The position numbers and the translations under genes were made by a program. A stretch of 64,000 nt of DNA, taken from Lama guanicoe. Taxonomy: Eukaryota. The stretch lies in NCBI GenBank assembly GCA_013239625.1, contig MU053881.1, positions 9,447,957 to 9,511,956 of the forward strand. Direction: 5' to 3'. Position 1 is the stretch's first letter. Every line of letters starts with the position of its first letter. Positions 1-12,465 of the stretch are shown here, in pieces. The notes below the pieces were generated by a model. That model ran no database searches. It had not been told where the DNA came from and saw only the letters and a program-made list of their open reading frames with translations.

Positions 1-9
1 AGCCTCAGA

Positions 10-158
10 ATCCTGGTTGTGATGTCAGACTGCAGTTTTGCAAGATGTTGCTACTGGTGGCAGTTGACTAAAGGTCACGAGAGATGTCTCTGTATTACTT
101 CTTGAAATTGTACATGATTCTACAATCATGTCAAAATAAAGAGCTTCATTTAAAAAAA
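10..158 (+). mobile_element. L1MC-type LINE-1 3' end fragment
   Basis: atcctggttgtgat...gttttgcaagatgttgctactgg...tctctgtattacttcttgaaattgtacatgattctacaatcatgtcaaaataaa plus an A tract resembles the L1MC1/2 3' terminus. Confidence 0.8.
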
Positions 159-2830
159 TGTATCAGACAGTGCAGCAAATTTGGGCTGATACACCATCAT
201 GAAAATCATTGCCTAATTTGGAAGGTCACTCACAATTTTAAACTGGGTACCCGTGTTCCACACTATTATTATCATTAATAGTAGCATTGGTAGTTGTTGT
301 TTTGGTTTTATGGACATTTCTTTAGGTTGTATAGACAGTCCACTTCCCTTATTTGAAATCCTTGCTTGGCCATTATATTTGTGGATTTTGGAACAAAGGA
401 AAAAGAGAACCACTTTCATGGCCCCTGTAAAGAATCACAAAGAGCCAGGTATAATATAAGCAGCAGCATCTGCCAACATATTTTTCTTCTTAAGACAATT
501 CTAAAATAATAAGATATTGCTCTTAATTTGAATATCCATCCTCTATCTAACAAAATGCATTTACTACCTACTGCCGACAAGCACTCTTTTGCCTGGCTGT
601 CCTTGAAAGTGAAGGTCAACATTTCATGTGGGGAAATGCAAGTTTAGAGACTGATTTTAAAAAGTAATTAAAATTGCCTTGAAGCAATAGGAAAGATGGT
701 AACCAAAATTATAAATCTTTTCCCCAAGCCTCTGCCTTTTCCGGCACTGGAACATGGCAATCATTGGACGGCAATGCCTCTGCCAGCTCGTGACTGCTAT
801 GCTGAGGTTTTCTCCTGTTACATTCCACGCTTCCTCCCTAGAAGAGTGTTCACACTGTTTTTTTTCATCAGTTGCCTAAGTGGGTTCCATCACTTTAGCA
901 GAACAGACGACAGAGATCTTGCCTGCAAGCCTTTGTCTAATTAACTAATCCTATGAGCTGTAACACTGCTCACTATTAACTTTTCAGATTATCCTGCTAC
1001 TTAAGGGGGTTGACTTGTTAATCACTGACAGCCAATTTGAGGTGTGTGTGAGTGTGTGTGTGTGTGTGTGTGTGTATGTAAATATATACATGAATGAGGG
1101 ATAGGTAGATTTCAGATGCATCCAATGGGGAGCTACATTTTCCCTGTCACAACTACCACCACAGACCATCATTTAAAATTGCCTTATCCTCATCACTGGT
1201 CTTTGGCTACACCCTGGGCATCACTGTCCTTGAATATTTGTATCTTACTAACTGACTGCAGACCCCTGAGAGGTGTGGTAACAGGAAAACCAGCCGTTTT
1301 CAAACATCCATATGATTTGGGACTCTTATCAATTCTGAATATTGATCCATGTGACCACCTTTCTCCCCCATTTCAAATTGCTATAAATCATTGAAGAAAT
1401 CTGTCTACAAGGGAGGGGAAAGAGTCAGTACATGGGAGCAAATATTCTTGTTTCCTCATTTGAGCAGGTGTCACAGATATTTTAGAAATCCAATAATATG
1501 TTTCATTATAGGAGTGTGTTTTCAGTTTAAATAGGTATTTAAAAAAAAGCTCAATATGAAAGCTTCTGTGAAATATCTTTCTTCCTTCTGATAACATGTT
1601 AATTGGATTGCCTACTTGTTTCTTAAATATTGCAGGAATGTCATGTTTCTATGTTTAAAAAGATGTAATGGATAACACATGGCCCCTTTATCCCTAACTC
1701 CTCTGTCAATTGTGCCTACTACCATAAGCAGAAATGCTAAGTCAACCTAAAAACAGTGCATTCACAGATTCCCTGCCTGTGTATTAGAACTCCTCTCTGC
1801 AAATGGTTTATTTTAAAAGCTTATTTAAAGCACCAAACACAACGTAATACAGACGCCCACACGTAAAAGAGAGAAGAGGAGGGCATTGGAAGCCTCCCTC
1901 ACCTGCCCCTCCCAACCCCCAGAGAGGGCTTTAGAGGACACCGTGCGAACACCAGACTGTGCCCTGGAAGACTTCCAGTCCCTCCTCTGCGGAACATTTA
2001 AGAACAAGTCTGAACACAGATGCACTTCTAAATACCTAGAGACAGACTCTCCCCGTGACCTCTGAGTGGACCAAGGAAAATCTGGTTTAAAATCTACAAA
2101 AGTGGAAGACAGTGCCCTAGTAATTTAATGCACTAGTAAATAAGAGGTCAAAGGCAATTTGCTTTCTGTTCCCCTGTGCTGTTATATTGATATGTCTGGG
2201 GATAAAAAGCCAACTCTGGTTAATGTCCAGAGCAGGAAAGGATAAGCAAATTCACAATTGTATTTTGCTCTCTCTCTCTTCAGAGGTCCATGTTGCTGCC
2301 TTTTAGAATCTGATAGGGTCCCGGGAGCCATCTGTGCAGGAAATGGTGAGAGCCGTCCCAGGATCTGCTGTCTCTACCTTCTACGAATGGTGAAAATGCA
2401 GAGATATTTCTCTGGGCAAGAAATCCCCATGGACTCAAGTCACAAAGGGGCAAAATGCACCCCATAAGTCTAAATATTTGCCATCTCAGGACATGCTTGT
2501 GTGTCTGTGTAGATTCTGATTTGAATAGCAATGCAAAGTCAAAAGCCTATGTCAGATTGGTATTTAGCCTAATTCTATGCCCCTTTCCCCCCTCTCCAGT
2601 CCAAACTGTTTAACATTCACGAAAGTCAGCATGGTTACACCTCCTGCTAAAATTTCAATATGAAATGAGGAAGTTTACTGAAGCCTTTGCCTCCTCAGCG
2701 CCGCCTTCCCCACACTCTGCTCTCCTCCCATGTTTCTCTCTGCCTCTTGCGATCAGGAGCTGCACAGATGGCTGTATCTTAGACACTGACTAAGCTACCA
2801 TAACGGAAAGATGGTCCCTCCCCTTTCCTC
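82..2830 (+). repeat. Tandem duplication, copy 1 (2749 bp)
   Basis: Sequence from agatgtctctgtatt (82) to ccctttcctc (2830) recurs at offset +2750/+2748; ORF-track peptides are duplicated. Confidence 0.98.
1042..1075. repeat. (TG)n microsatellite, one TG unit longer than its paralogue at 3792-3823
   Basis: Direct reading; explains the offset change from 2750 to 2748. Confidence 0.95.
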
Positions 2831-2831
2831 A

Positions 2832-5578
2832 AGATGTCTCTGTATTACTTCTTGAAATTGTACATGATTCTACAATCATGTCAAAATAAAGAGCTTCATT
2901 TAAAAAAATGTATCAGACAGTGCAGCAAATTTGGGCTGATACACCATCATGAAAATCATTGCCTAATTTGGAAGGTCACTCACAATTTTAAACTGGGTAC
3001 CCGTGTTCCACACTATTATTATCATTAATAGTAGCATTGGTAGTTGTTGTTTTGGTTTTATGGACATTTCTTTAGGTTGTATAGACAGTCCACTTCCCTT
3101 ATTTGAAATCCTTGCTTGGCCATTATATTTGTGGATTTTGGAACAAAGGAAAAAGAGAACCACTTTCATGGCCCCTGTAAAGAATCACAAAGAGCCAGGT
3201 ATAATATAAGCAGCAGCATCTGCCAACATATTTTTCTTCTTAAGACAATTCTAAAATAATAAGATATTGCTCTTAATTTGAATATCCATCCTCTATCTAA
3301 CAAAATGCATTTACTACCTACTGCCGACAAGCACTCTTTTGCCTGGCTGTCCTTGAAAGTGAAGGTCAACATTTCATGTGGGGAAATGCAAGTTTAGAGA
3401 CTGATTTTAAAAAGTAATTAAAATTGCCTTGAAGCAATAGGAAAGATGGTAACCAAAATTATAAATCTTTTCCCCAAGCCTCTGCCTTTTCCGGCACTGG
3501 AACATGGCAATCATTGGACGGCAATGCCTCTGCCAGCTCGTGACTGCTATGCTGAGGTTTTCTCCTGTTACATTCCACGCTTCCTCCCTAGAAGAGTGTT
3601 CACACTGTTTTTTTTCATCAGTTGCCTAAGTGGGTTCCATCACTTTAGCAGAACAGACGACAGAGATCTTGCCTGCAAGCCTTTGTCTAATTAACTAATC
3701 CTATGAGCTGTAACACTGCTCACTATTAACTTTTCAGATTATCCTGCTACTTAAGGGGGTTGACTTGTTAATCACTGACAGCCAATTTGAGGTGTGTGTG
3801 AGTGTGTGTGTGTGTGTGTGTGTATGTAAATATATACATGAATGAGGGATAGGTAGATTTCAGATGCATCCAATGGGGAGCTACATTTTCCCTGTCACAA
3901 CTACCACCACAGACCATCATTTAAAATTGCCTTATCCTCATCACTGGTCTTTGGCTACACCCTGGGCATCACTGTCCTTGAATATTTGTATCTTACTAAC
4001 TGACTGCAGACCCCTGAGAGGTGTGGTAACAGGAAAACCAGCCGTTTTCAAACATCCATATGATTTGGGACTCTTATCAATTCTGAATATTGATCCATGT
4101 GACCACCTTTCTCCCCCATTTCAAATTGCTATAAATCATTGAAGAAATCTGTCTACAAGGGAGGGGAAAGAGTCAGTACATGGGAGCAAATATTCTTGTT
4201 TCCTCATTTGAGCAGGTGTCACAGATATTTTAGAAATCCAATAATATGTTTCATTATAGGAGTGTGTTTTCAGTTTAAATAGGTATTTAAAAAAAAGCTC
4301 AATATGAAAGCTTCTGTGAAATATCTTTCTTCCTTCTGATAACATGTTAATTGGATTGCCTACTTGTTTCTTAAATATTGCAGGAATGTCATGTTTCTAT
4401 GTTTAAAAAGATGTAATGGATAACACATGGCCCCTTTATCCCTAACTCCTCTGTCAATTGTGCCTACTACCATAAGCAGAAATGCTAAGTCAACCTAAAA
4501 ACAGTGCATTCACAGATTCCCTTCCTGTGTATTAGAACTCCTCTCTGCAAATGGTTTATTTTAAAAGCTTATTTAAAGCACCAAACACAACGTAATACAG
4601 ACGCCCACACGTAAAAGAGAGAAGAGGAGGGCATTGGAAGCCTCACTCACCTGCCCCTCCCAACCCCCAGAGAGGGCTTTAAAGGACACCGTGCGAATAC
4701 CAGACTGTGCCCTGGAAGACTTCCAGTCCTTCCTCTGAGGAACATTTAAGAACAAGTCTGAACACAGATGCACTTCTAAATACCTAGAGACAGACTCTCC
4801 CCGTGACCTCTGAGTGGACCAAGGAAAATCTGGTTTAAAATCTACAAAAGTGGAAGACAGTGCCCTAGTAATTTAATGCACTAGTAAATAAGAGGTCAAA
4901 GGCAATTTGCTTTCTGTTCCCCTGTGCTGTTATATTGATATGTCTGGGGATAAAAAGCCAACTCTGGTTAATGTCCAGAGCAGGAAAGGATAAGCAAATT
5001 CACAATTGTATTTTGCTCTCTCTCTCTTCAGAGGTCCATGTTGCTGCCTTTTAGAATCTGATAGGGTCCCGGGAGCCATCTGTGCAGGAAATGGTGAGAG
5101 CCGTCCCAGGATCTGCTGTCTCTACCTTCTACGAATGGTGAAAATGCAGAGATATTTCTCTGGGCAAGAAATCCCCATGGACTCAAGTCACAAAGGGGCA
5201 AAATGCACCCCATAAGTCTAAATATTTGCCATCTCAGGACATGCTTGTGTGTCTGTGTAGATTCTGATTTGAATAGCAATGCAAAGTCAAAAGCCTATGT
5301 CAGATTGGTATTTAGCCTAATTCTATGCCCCTTTCCCCCCTCTCCAGTCCAAACTGTTTAACATTCACGAAAGTCAGCATGGTTACACCTCCTGCTAAAA
5401 TTTCAATATGAAATGAGGAAGTTTACTGAAGCCTTTGCCTCCTCAGCGCCGCCTTCCCCACACTCTGCTCTCCTCCCATGTTTCTCTCTGCCTCTTGCGA
5501 TCAGGAGCTGCACAGATGGCTGTATCTTAGACACTGACTAAGCTACCATAACGGAAAGATGGTCCCTCCCCTTTCCTC
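2832..5578 (+). repeat. Tandem duplication, copy 2 (2747 bp)
   Basis: Identical to 82-2830 by eye except 6 substitutions and one TG unit; begins with a truncated piece of the L1MC fragment. Confidence 0.98.
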
Positions 5579-5789
5579 CTCCCTCTCAGGCAGTGCACAG
5601 AGAGGCAGCAGAGCCAGCCCGGGAGCCTGAAGCCTCAAAACCTAGTTAACACCCTCTTTCAATCCCACTGAGTGCCCTTCTGGTACATGAGGCTGAAAGC
5701 AGCCCCAAGTAAGCACAGGGAGCAGAGGGTGATGGACCACAGGTTTCCAGACAAAGCAGTCAAGTCAAAACCATTGTCAAGTCAAGCTC

Positions 5790-6008
5790 CCATTTAATGA
5801 ATGCCTACAGAGCGCCAGACCTTGAGTTAGGCTCCTTATACAGGTTATCACTAATTTCACAATCCTGGGACACAGGTATACGTACCTGTGTTTTGGAGGT
5901 GGAGAAATGGAGACTCCAGGAGGTTAAACGACTTGCTAACTCCACATACCTAATAAATGTTCACACATAGATTGGGACTGAGAGCTATCTGAATCCAAAG
6001 CTTGCTTT
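5790..6008 (-). mobile_element. MIR SINE
   Basis: catttaatgaatgcctac...gagaaatggagactccaggaggttaaacgacttgc resembles the reverse-complement MIR core. Confidence 0.75.
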
Positions 6009-6024
6009 AATTATAAAACTCAAC

Positions 6025-6504
6025 TATGCTACTTCTGGGTATTTACCCAAAGAATTTGAAAAAAAAAATCCCCACTAATCTGAAAAGATACCTGCATCAT
6101 CATGTTAACTCTGGCACAATTTACAATAGCCAAAATATGGAAACAACCTAAGTGCCAATCAATGGATAAATGAGTGAAGAAGATGTGGAATATATACACA
6201 ATGGAATACTACTCAGTCATAAAAAAGATACAATCTTGCCATTTACGACAAGGATAGACCTTGAAGGCATTATGCTAGTGAAATAGGCCAGACGAAGAGA
6301 AACAAATACAGAATGATTTCACTCATACATGAAATATAAAAAACAAACAAAATAACTGAACAAACCAAACCAAACAATATCTTCACACAGAGAATAGAGT
6401 AGTAGTTACCAGAGGGGAAGGGGGCTGGGGGAGGGCAAAATGGGTAAAAGGGATTAATTGTCTGGTGATGGATAAAAAATAAATTTTGGGTAATGAGAAA
6501 AAAA
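6025..6504 (+). mobile_element. LINE-1 fragment (ORF2 end plus partial 3'UTR)
   Basis: acttctgggtatttacccaaag, caatagccaaaatatggaaacaacctaagtgcc, atggaatactactcag, gtagttaccagaggggaagggg are L1 ORF2-end/3'UTR motifs. Confidence 0.92.
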
Positions 6505-6772
6505 TACTTGTAACTCAGGAAAAAATGCAGCCTTACAACTTTCTGTCATGTCCCTTTTAGTCATTAGGTTTGTCATTGTCTGAGAACCCATTTCTCTCGG
6601 TCCAATGCAGTTGCCTCAAGAAAGTCCCTAACTACATCACAGTCCTGGTTACTCAATAAGAGAAACATCCAATCAATTGACCAGTAGACACAAGTACCTC
6701 TTTTATATCTTGAACAATGGAAACAAAGGAGAGAGACATCACGAGAAATCTCATGAAATGTTGAGGGGGGTA

Positions 6773-7490
6773 CAACCCAATCAAATAAATGGGTAGAAGA
6801 TCTAAATAGACATTTCTCCAAAGAAGACATCCAATGGCCAATAGGCACATGAAAAGATGCTCAATGTTGCTAATCATCAAAGAAATGAAAATCAAAACCA
6901 AAATGAGGTATCACCTCATATCGGTCAGAACGGGCACCATCAAAAACTCTACAAATAATAAATGCTGGATAGGGTGTGGAGAAAAGGGAACCCTCCTACA
7001 CTGTTGGCAGGAATGTAAATTGGTGCAGCCACTATGGAGAACAGTATGGAGGTTTCTTAAAAAGCTAAAAATAGAGTTACCATATGATCCAGCAATCCCA
7101 CTCCTGAGTATGTATATGGAGAAAACTCTAATCTGAAAAGATACACCCACCTCCCCCCGACAACATTCATAGCAGCACAATAGCCAAGACATGGAAGCAA
7201 CCTAAGTGTCCACTGACAGATGAATGGATAGAGAAGATGTGGTATAGATATATACACTGGAACATTACTCAGCCGTAAAACAGAATGAAATCATGCCATT
7301 TGCAGCAACACAGATGGACGGAGAGATTATCATATTAACTGAAGTAAGTCAGAGAAAGACAAATATCATATGATATCACTTATATGTAGAACCTAAAAAA
7401 TGATAAAAAAAAATTTGCTGCACAAAAGAAACTAACACAGCATTGTGAGTCAACTATACTTCAATACACAGAAACAAAAACAAACAAAAA
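6773..7490 (+). mobile_element. 5'-truncated LINE-1 (ORF2 C-terminal Cys-rich region, shortened 3'UTR, A-rich tail)
   Basis: ORF 6834-7136 [10 protein letters not shown]...[48 protein letters not shown] is the L1 ORF2p C-terminus; ends aactaacacagcattgtgagtcaactatacttcaata plus an A-rich tail. Confidence 0.96.
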
Positions 7491-9064
7491 GAGCTGAGAG
7501 GGAGAGGCCTCACTTTCCAGAGATTAAGAAACCTACTTTGAAGGGTTAATGTGAGAATGTCAAACAGGCACATGTGAATCTCTTAAATAGATGCTCAAAT
7601 TGTGACAGACTTTCCCCCCATCACCATCATCTTCATCATGGCCATCAGTTGTCAGTATCAGCCAGCCATAAGAAATTGTAGTAGCTGTTAATTAGTGATC
7701 CCCGAAGTACAAATACCACTATTCCAAGTAATGTCTGCTGGGGTGCCACGTTTCTGAGATCTCAAAGGCTAGCACTGTAGCACTTGCTTAGGATCGACAG
7801 ATACTAATATTCCTATGTTCAACCAATACTCCACGAAAGTTTCACTAACACTAAAAATCTGAAACTGCAGTGTTCTAACAACATCACCCATTCTTTAGCA
7901 CATCAGATGCACTTTGCCCTGGATTTTAAGTAGACCACATTACAGTGCACATATGACGATGACACGGAAGGAGAAGAAAATGACAAGGATTTGTTGTTTA
8001 TAATTAGTTCACTCTCTGTCCAGAAAGGTAGATCCCAGTAAGTGGCAATTCTGTTGTCTGCCAAAATTAAACGTTAGGTGTGGAGAAGTAAGATGCGATG
8101 AACTGAGACAGGTCTAAATTACTCTGCATAATAAGGAGAAATGTAGAAAGGTCTTAAGGGAGTAGGCGCAGGGCCTGGAACCAGAGGAATTTAGACAATA
8201 TGGGAAGGATGTAAAAGTGCATATTCAGAGAGGAAGAAAGAGAACAGGTGGAGATGGGAGCTGTCCACTGGAGAACTTCAGAGTAGGATGCTAATGGGTG
8301 ATGGTGACTCTCTGTATTTCACACCCTCCCTTAAGAAAAGATTTGGGGGTGTTCATAGTACAATTATAACTTTTTGTTATGAATTTGACTACATGCATGT
8401 GTGAGGATTGAGTCAATATTTCCTACTATTCTACTATTAAGAGAAAGCAGATAACACTCATTAAAGACTTAATTTCAATGGTGACACAGTGCAAGAACTG
8501 AGGTGCAAAGTCCAGAAAGGGATGATGATGAGGAGAGGATTTTCACTCTGCATCTGAGATGCTTCTTCAGGGCAGAGACCTTGTCTCCTGCCAGGAAATC
8601 TACCTCCAGGAGCACAGGAGCCCACCATTCAAGAGCACCCATTTAGCTCTGTTTAAATTACCTGTGCATTTTACATAGAGGCATCTAAAAAAAAAGGTGT
8701 GTGTGTGTGGGGGGGTGTTTTAAAAAGCTTGGAAAATTTTTCTCTCTCTTAGTGTTTAGTTAAACACTGCCCTGAACATACTTTTTCATGTCACTTGTTA
8801 ATTTGTAGGATTTACATAAGATTTTTCCATACAAAGTCTGTGACATATCTCCTCCTGCTTTGTCAAACAAATACAATTTAAGTGTTCTCTTTCAAAATAG
8901 CTTCTGCTTCCTTAAGTAGAAAACAAAATGTAAATATTGCTAACTGCTTGGAAAATTTTTAAATAGCACTCAAGGTATAGGAGTTAGCCCCTGATATGAG
9001 GTGAAGACAGAATCAATGGCCTACCTTTAAAACATCTTTCTGAGGTCTAGCATGACTATCTATC

Positions 9065-9278
9065 CAGAATCTACAAACATATCTGTAAAGATTTAGGGAG
9101 TAATTTTTTCCCCCATATTTGAGGCTCTGTTGCAACTCCTCCACTCAGCCACTGCAGCACAAAAGCAACCAGAGAAAATACTTAAATGAATGCACGTGTC
9201 TGTGTGACAAGCAGACTTTATTTGCAAAAGCAGCCAGCAAGCTGGATTTGACCCTCAGGCCACAGTATGCCAACCCTG
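9065..9278 (+). mobile_element. MER58A-like hAT-Charlie MITE
   Basis: ctctgttgcaactcctccactcagccactgcagcacaaaagcaacc...actttatttgcaaaa...gctggatttgaccctcaggccacagtatgccaaccctg matches the recalled MER58A layout. Confidence 0.85.
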
Positions 9279-11234
9279 GCTAGGTGGAGACAGGGAACAA
9301 CCAAAAACCTGGAGTTTGAAATCCCAGCCACTTATTAACTTGAAATGAACCAAGCCTCACTCACCAAGGATCTCCCAGAGGAGGAGGACTTTCTCACCAG
9401 AAACTCTGTAACAATGTTAAATTAACATAAACAAGACGTTCATGATGAATAAGTGTGGAGGCACTAACTAGAACAGTATCACTGGAGGAAATGGCTTGTA
9501 TTTAAAAGGTTGCTGATTTGAAATTGATACTTTTTCCTTAGGCTACAAGCCAAAACTGTGCATCTCTAGAGAAGATAAACTTGTAGCTGACTGCTCTTGT
9601 GACAATAGTTGGAAATTTGACCTTTTTACATAATATGTGTTTAGTTCTTGCCTGACTGCTCCTGTTAATTATGACTTTGCCAATTCTCTTCTGGCATTTA
9701 GGTTTGTCAGTGAATACTAAAAGCACCAATGATGACATCAGATTCTTTTCTGACATCACTCTTTCTCCTGCTTTTAATGTCTCTATGTCTTATTTTATGC
9801 AGATGAGATAGAGGATGATAATTCATTTACCAAATGATCCCAAATGTTGATAGTTCAAGTTTCAAAATCCAGAGGAACCCAGACCCCCAGGAAGAAGCTC
9901 ATATTCATTCTGGCTGAGAATTATATTTAACAAGAAATAAGGAGCAAGAATTTAGGTAATAGTTTAAGAGTTCATTTATACAAACCTTTATTAAAAGGAT
10001 TCTTTGTAGCCTGTGCTTACTATTGTGGTTTGCTTGTAAATCAATAGGTGATATGAAAGATTAGAAAAAGAGCCCAATACAAAATTCTGTGCAAATTTAA
10101 AAATAACTCAATACCATCAATCTCAAAATTATGTACTTGCATTCCTGCATTTCTTAATGATCCCTCAAGGTACACCATTATATTTTTTACAGCCATTAGC
10201 ACCGCCATTCACCAGAAACAACGCTGTAATCACTCAGAGGTTCAAGGAAATGAAAGTCTCTCACATTTGCCTACTACCCTCTGCTGTCTAATATAGTATC
10301 AAACGTTACAACAGTGTAAACTCTTCCATACATGTGGATAAAAGCCTCTGCGGGAGACAACTGTGATGGAACCGCCTGAGATATAGAGGTAGCTTCTGAT
10401 TTTTGAGAGAGGAATGTTCCCTCCCAAAGCAATTACCAACATCCCTCATGCTATGAAATGTTCGTGTTCTGGTACAACAGCCTGGAAAGTGAATCTGGCT
10501 TTTTTCTTGCCTTTGATTATAAAAACGGAGCATCACCTTTGGGCGGAAAGAATAAAGGCACAAAGAAGTCATCAAAACCCCATTTTCAAAAGACATACAG
10601 TCTTTAAAGCCTGGGAATGGCAAAGAAACCCAAGCTTGATAAATTAATATTGGTCTTCAATAGAGGTTGCTAGAAACCCTAAGTAGTCAGGATGGTTGGA
10701 GAAAAAAATGGCTCAAGACCCAAAACACAAATGATCGTGCAAACAAAAGGAGGGTGCACACCAGAATCAAACGTCGGTCAGATGCTATCAAATGCCTTCC
10801 CAGAGTCCCCAGCAGGATAACCTACAATTTTCGGTAGGGACTCAGATACAACTTCGTAACGCTTTATGGAAACAGCAGGATTTTAAAAAGTAACAGGTTG
10901 ATTTGGCCAGCAGGACCGGTGGATGACACAGAGCAGAGGCAACAACTCAACACACATTGAGGGGTGAACAAACAGAGCTCCATTTTTCCTATAAACAACT
11001 GAAGAGACTGCAAAGGGGATCAGACTGTTCCTACCCATAGAAGGTGATTCACATGTCACGGGGCATTCCCATTTTCTGATCTGGCATGCGTTTTACCCCA
11101 AATTGTCATTAACCTATGTACCTGGATATCTGCAATGTTTTACTGATACGAATTGGAAAGTTTCCAATGACTGTACAATGTCAGAGAGTCTATTTGCTAA
11201 CTCTTTAAAGAACACTACGACCATTTTATTTAAG

Positions 11235-11345
11235 TATGCCATCCCTATTTTACCAATGAGCAATAAAGTAAAGAAACTTGACTTAAGATTACATAAAAGC
11301 AGAAGAGGTAGCATGTGAATCCAGATACCTGGTTTTAAATCCAGA
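11235..11345 (-). mobile_element. MIR fragment
   Basis: atccctattttaccaatgag...aacttgacttaagattacata...gaatccagatacctgg. Confidence 0.55.
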
Positions 11346-12044
11346 CTTCACCAATAAATGTCATCTTTTTTTTCCCCTCTCTCTTCCATGTACTCCATTG
11401 TTCTTTTTTTTTAATCAGGTTAAATTTCTACAATGTACAAAATGCTCTCATATTTCAAGAATTTAGAAATGATTCTATGTCCAACCACCTCTCATCATGA
11501 TCTAAATTTTGGAAAATTACATTTTCTTTCCAGTGAGAAGAAACTTCAAAAACAAATGAATGATTTTCTACCTCTTTATCAAAGTTAAATTCCTTGACCT
11601 CCCTTTCTGCGTTAACCGTTTCCCTTATACGCCCGTGTTTTTAGGTGATTTGTTAAAAAAAAAACTAAATTTGAATAACAATTCATTCCTGGGGAATTTT
11701 GCCCCTCTCCTTCAGATGACGAGTGACAATCTGCAATCTCACAGTCATGATAAATGATCACTGTAATACGGAGACACTAAAGGAAGAAACTCGGTTGGTT
11801 GAAGAAGGAAAAGAGTCTGACAGTCTCCACTCTCGTCACTGAGTAAGCCCTTACTGTGCACTGCCAAATAGGCAAGAACCATGCTGAATGTGGTGGACAG
11901 AAAACAAGTAAGACAGAGACTCTGTTCCAAGCTTCTCACCCACTTCTTGGTAGCCAGACCCAAGCACAGATAATTAACATGTTTGTTGCAATATCAGTGA
12001 CATGAGCAATAGTATATAATGACCATATTGTAAAATGTATCCAA

Positions 12045-12465
12045 TCCCCACTTCCATAGTTGGATTAAAGCAAGGGTGAGCACATGACCCAAGCTAGGCC
12101 AATCAGAGTTCCTTCTCCAGGAACATGGTAAAGGGGCGCCTCACTGAAACTGACTATATTCTAGTAGTTGGATCTGTAACGTACAAGCTTGGAAAATGTG
12201 AGGCCCGCACTCCCTGCTCATAAGCAGATGAGCAGAATCCGATGAAGCCCGTTTGCAGAGTGAGAGCATAAAGCCGTTGTACAGAGATGTAGGAAAGAAT
12301 GTCTATACTATTTTCCAATCACTCATTCTAGTCCTTTCCAGACCTGGGGGTATAATTCTGCACTTTGATTCACAGAGACAACTCTATCCCCTTAGAAAAT
12401 CTTCCATTTCAGCTTAAACCAATATGAGATAGTTTAATGTTTTTAGAACCCAAAAGGCTCAATAT
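12045..12465 (+). mobile_element. MLT1 (ERVL-MaLR, J/K/L-like) LTR remnant
   Basis: ggtgagcacatgacccaagctaggccaatcagagttcctt near the 5' side and gcttaaaccaatatgag...aacccaaaagg at the 3' end. Confidence 0.7.

Noticed and set aside
1893..1905. cctccctcacctg resembling the human PRDM9 13-mer within the substitution cluster
   Set aside because: Partial match only, and PRDM9 specificity evolves too fast to transfer from human to a camelid.
2284..2345. Plus-strand 62-nt exon-like segment (ctcttcag|AGG...AATG|gtgaga), duplicated at +2748
   Set aside because: No recognisable peptide, opposite to the inferred host orientation, and such splice-like pairs are common by chance.
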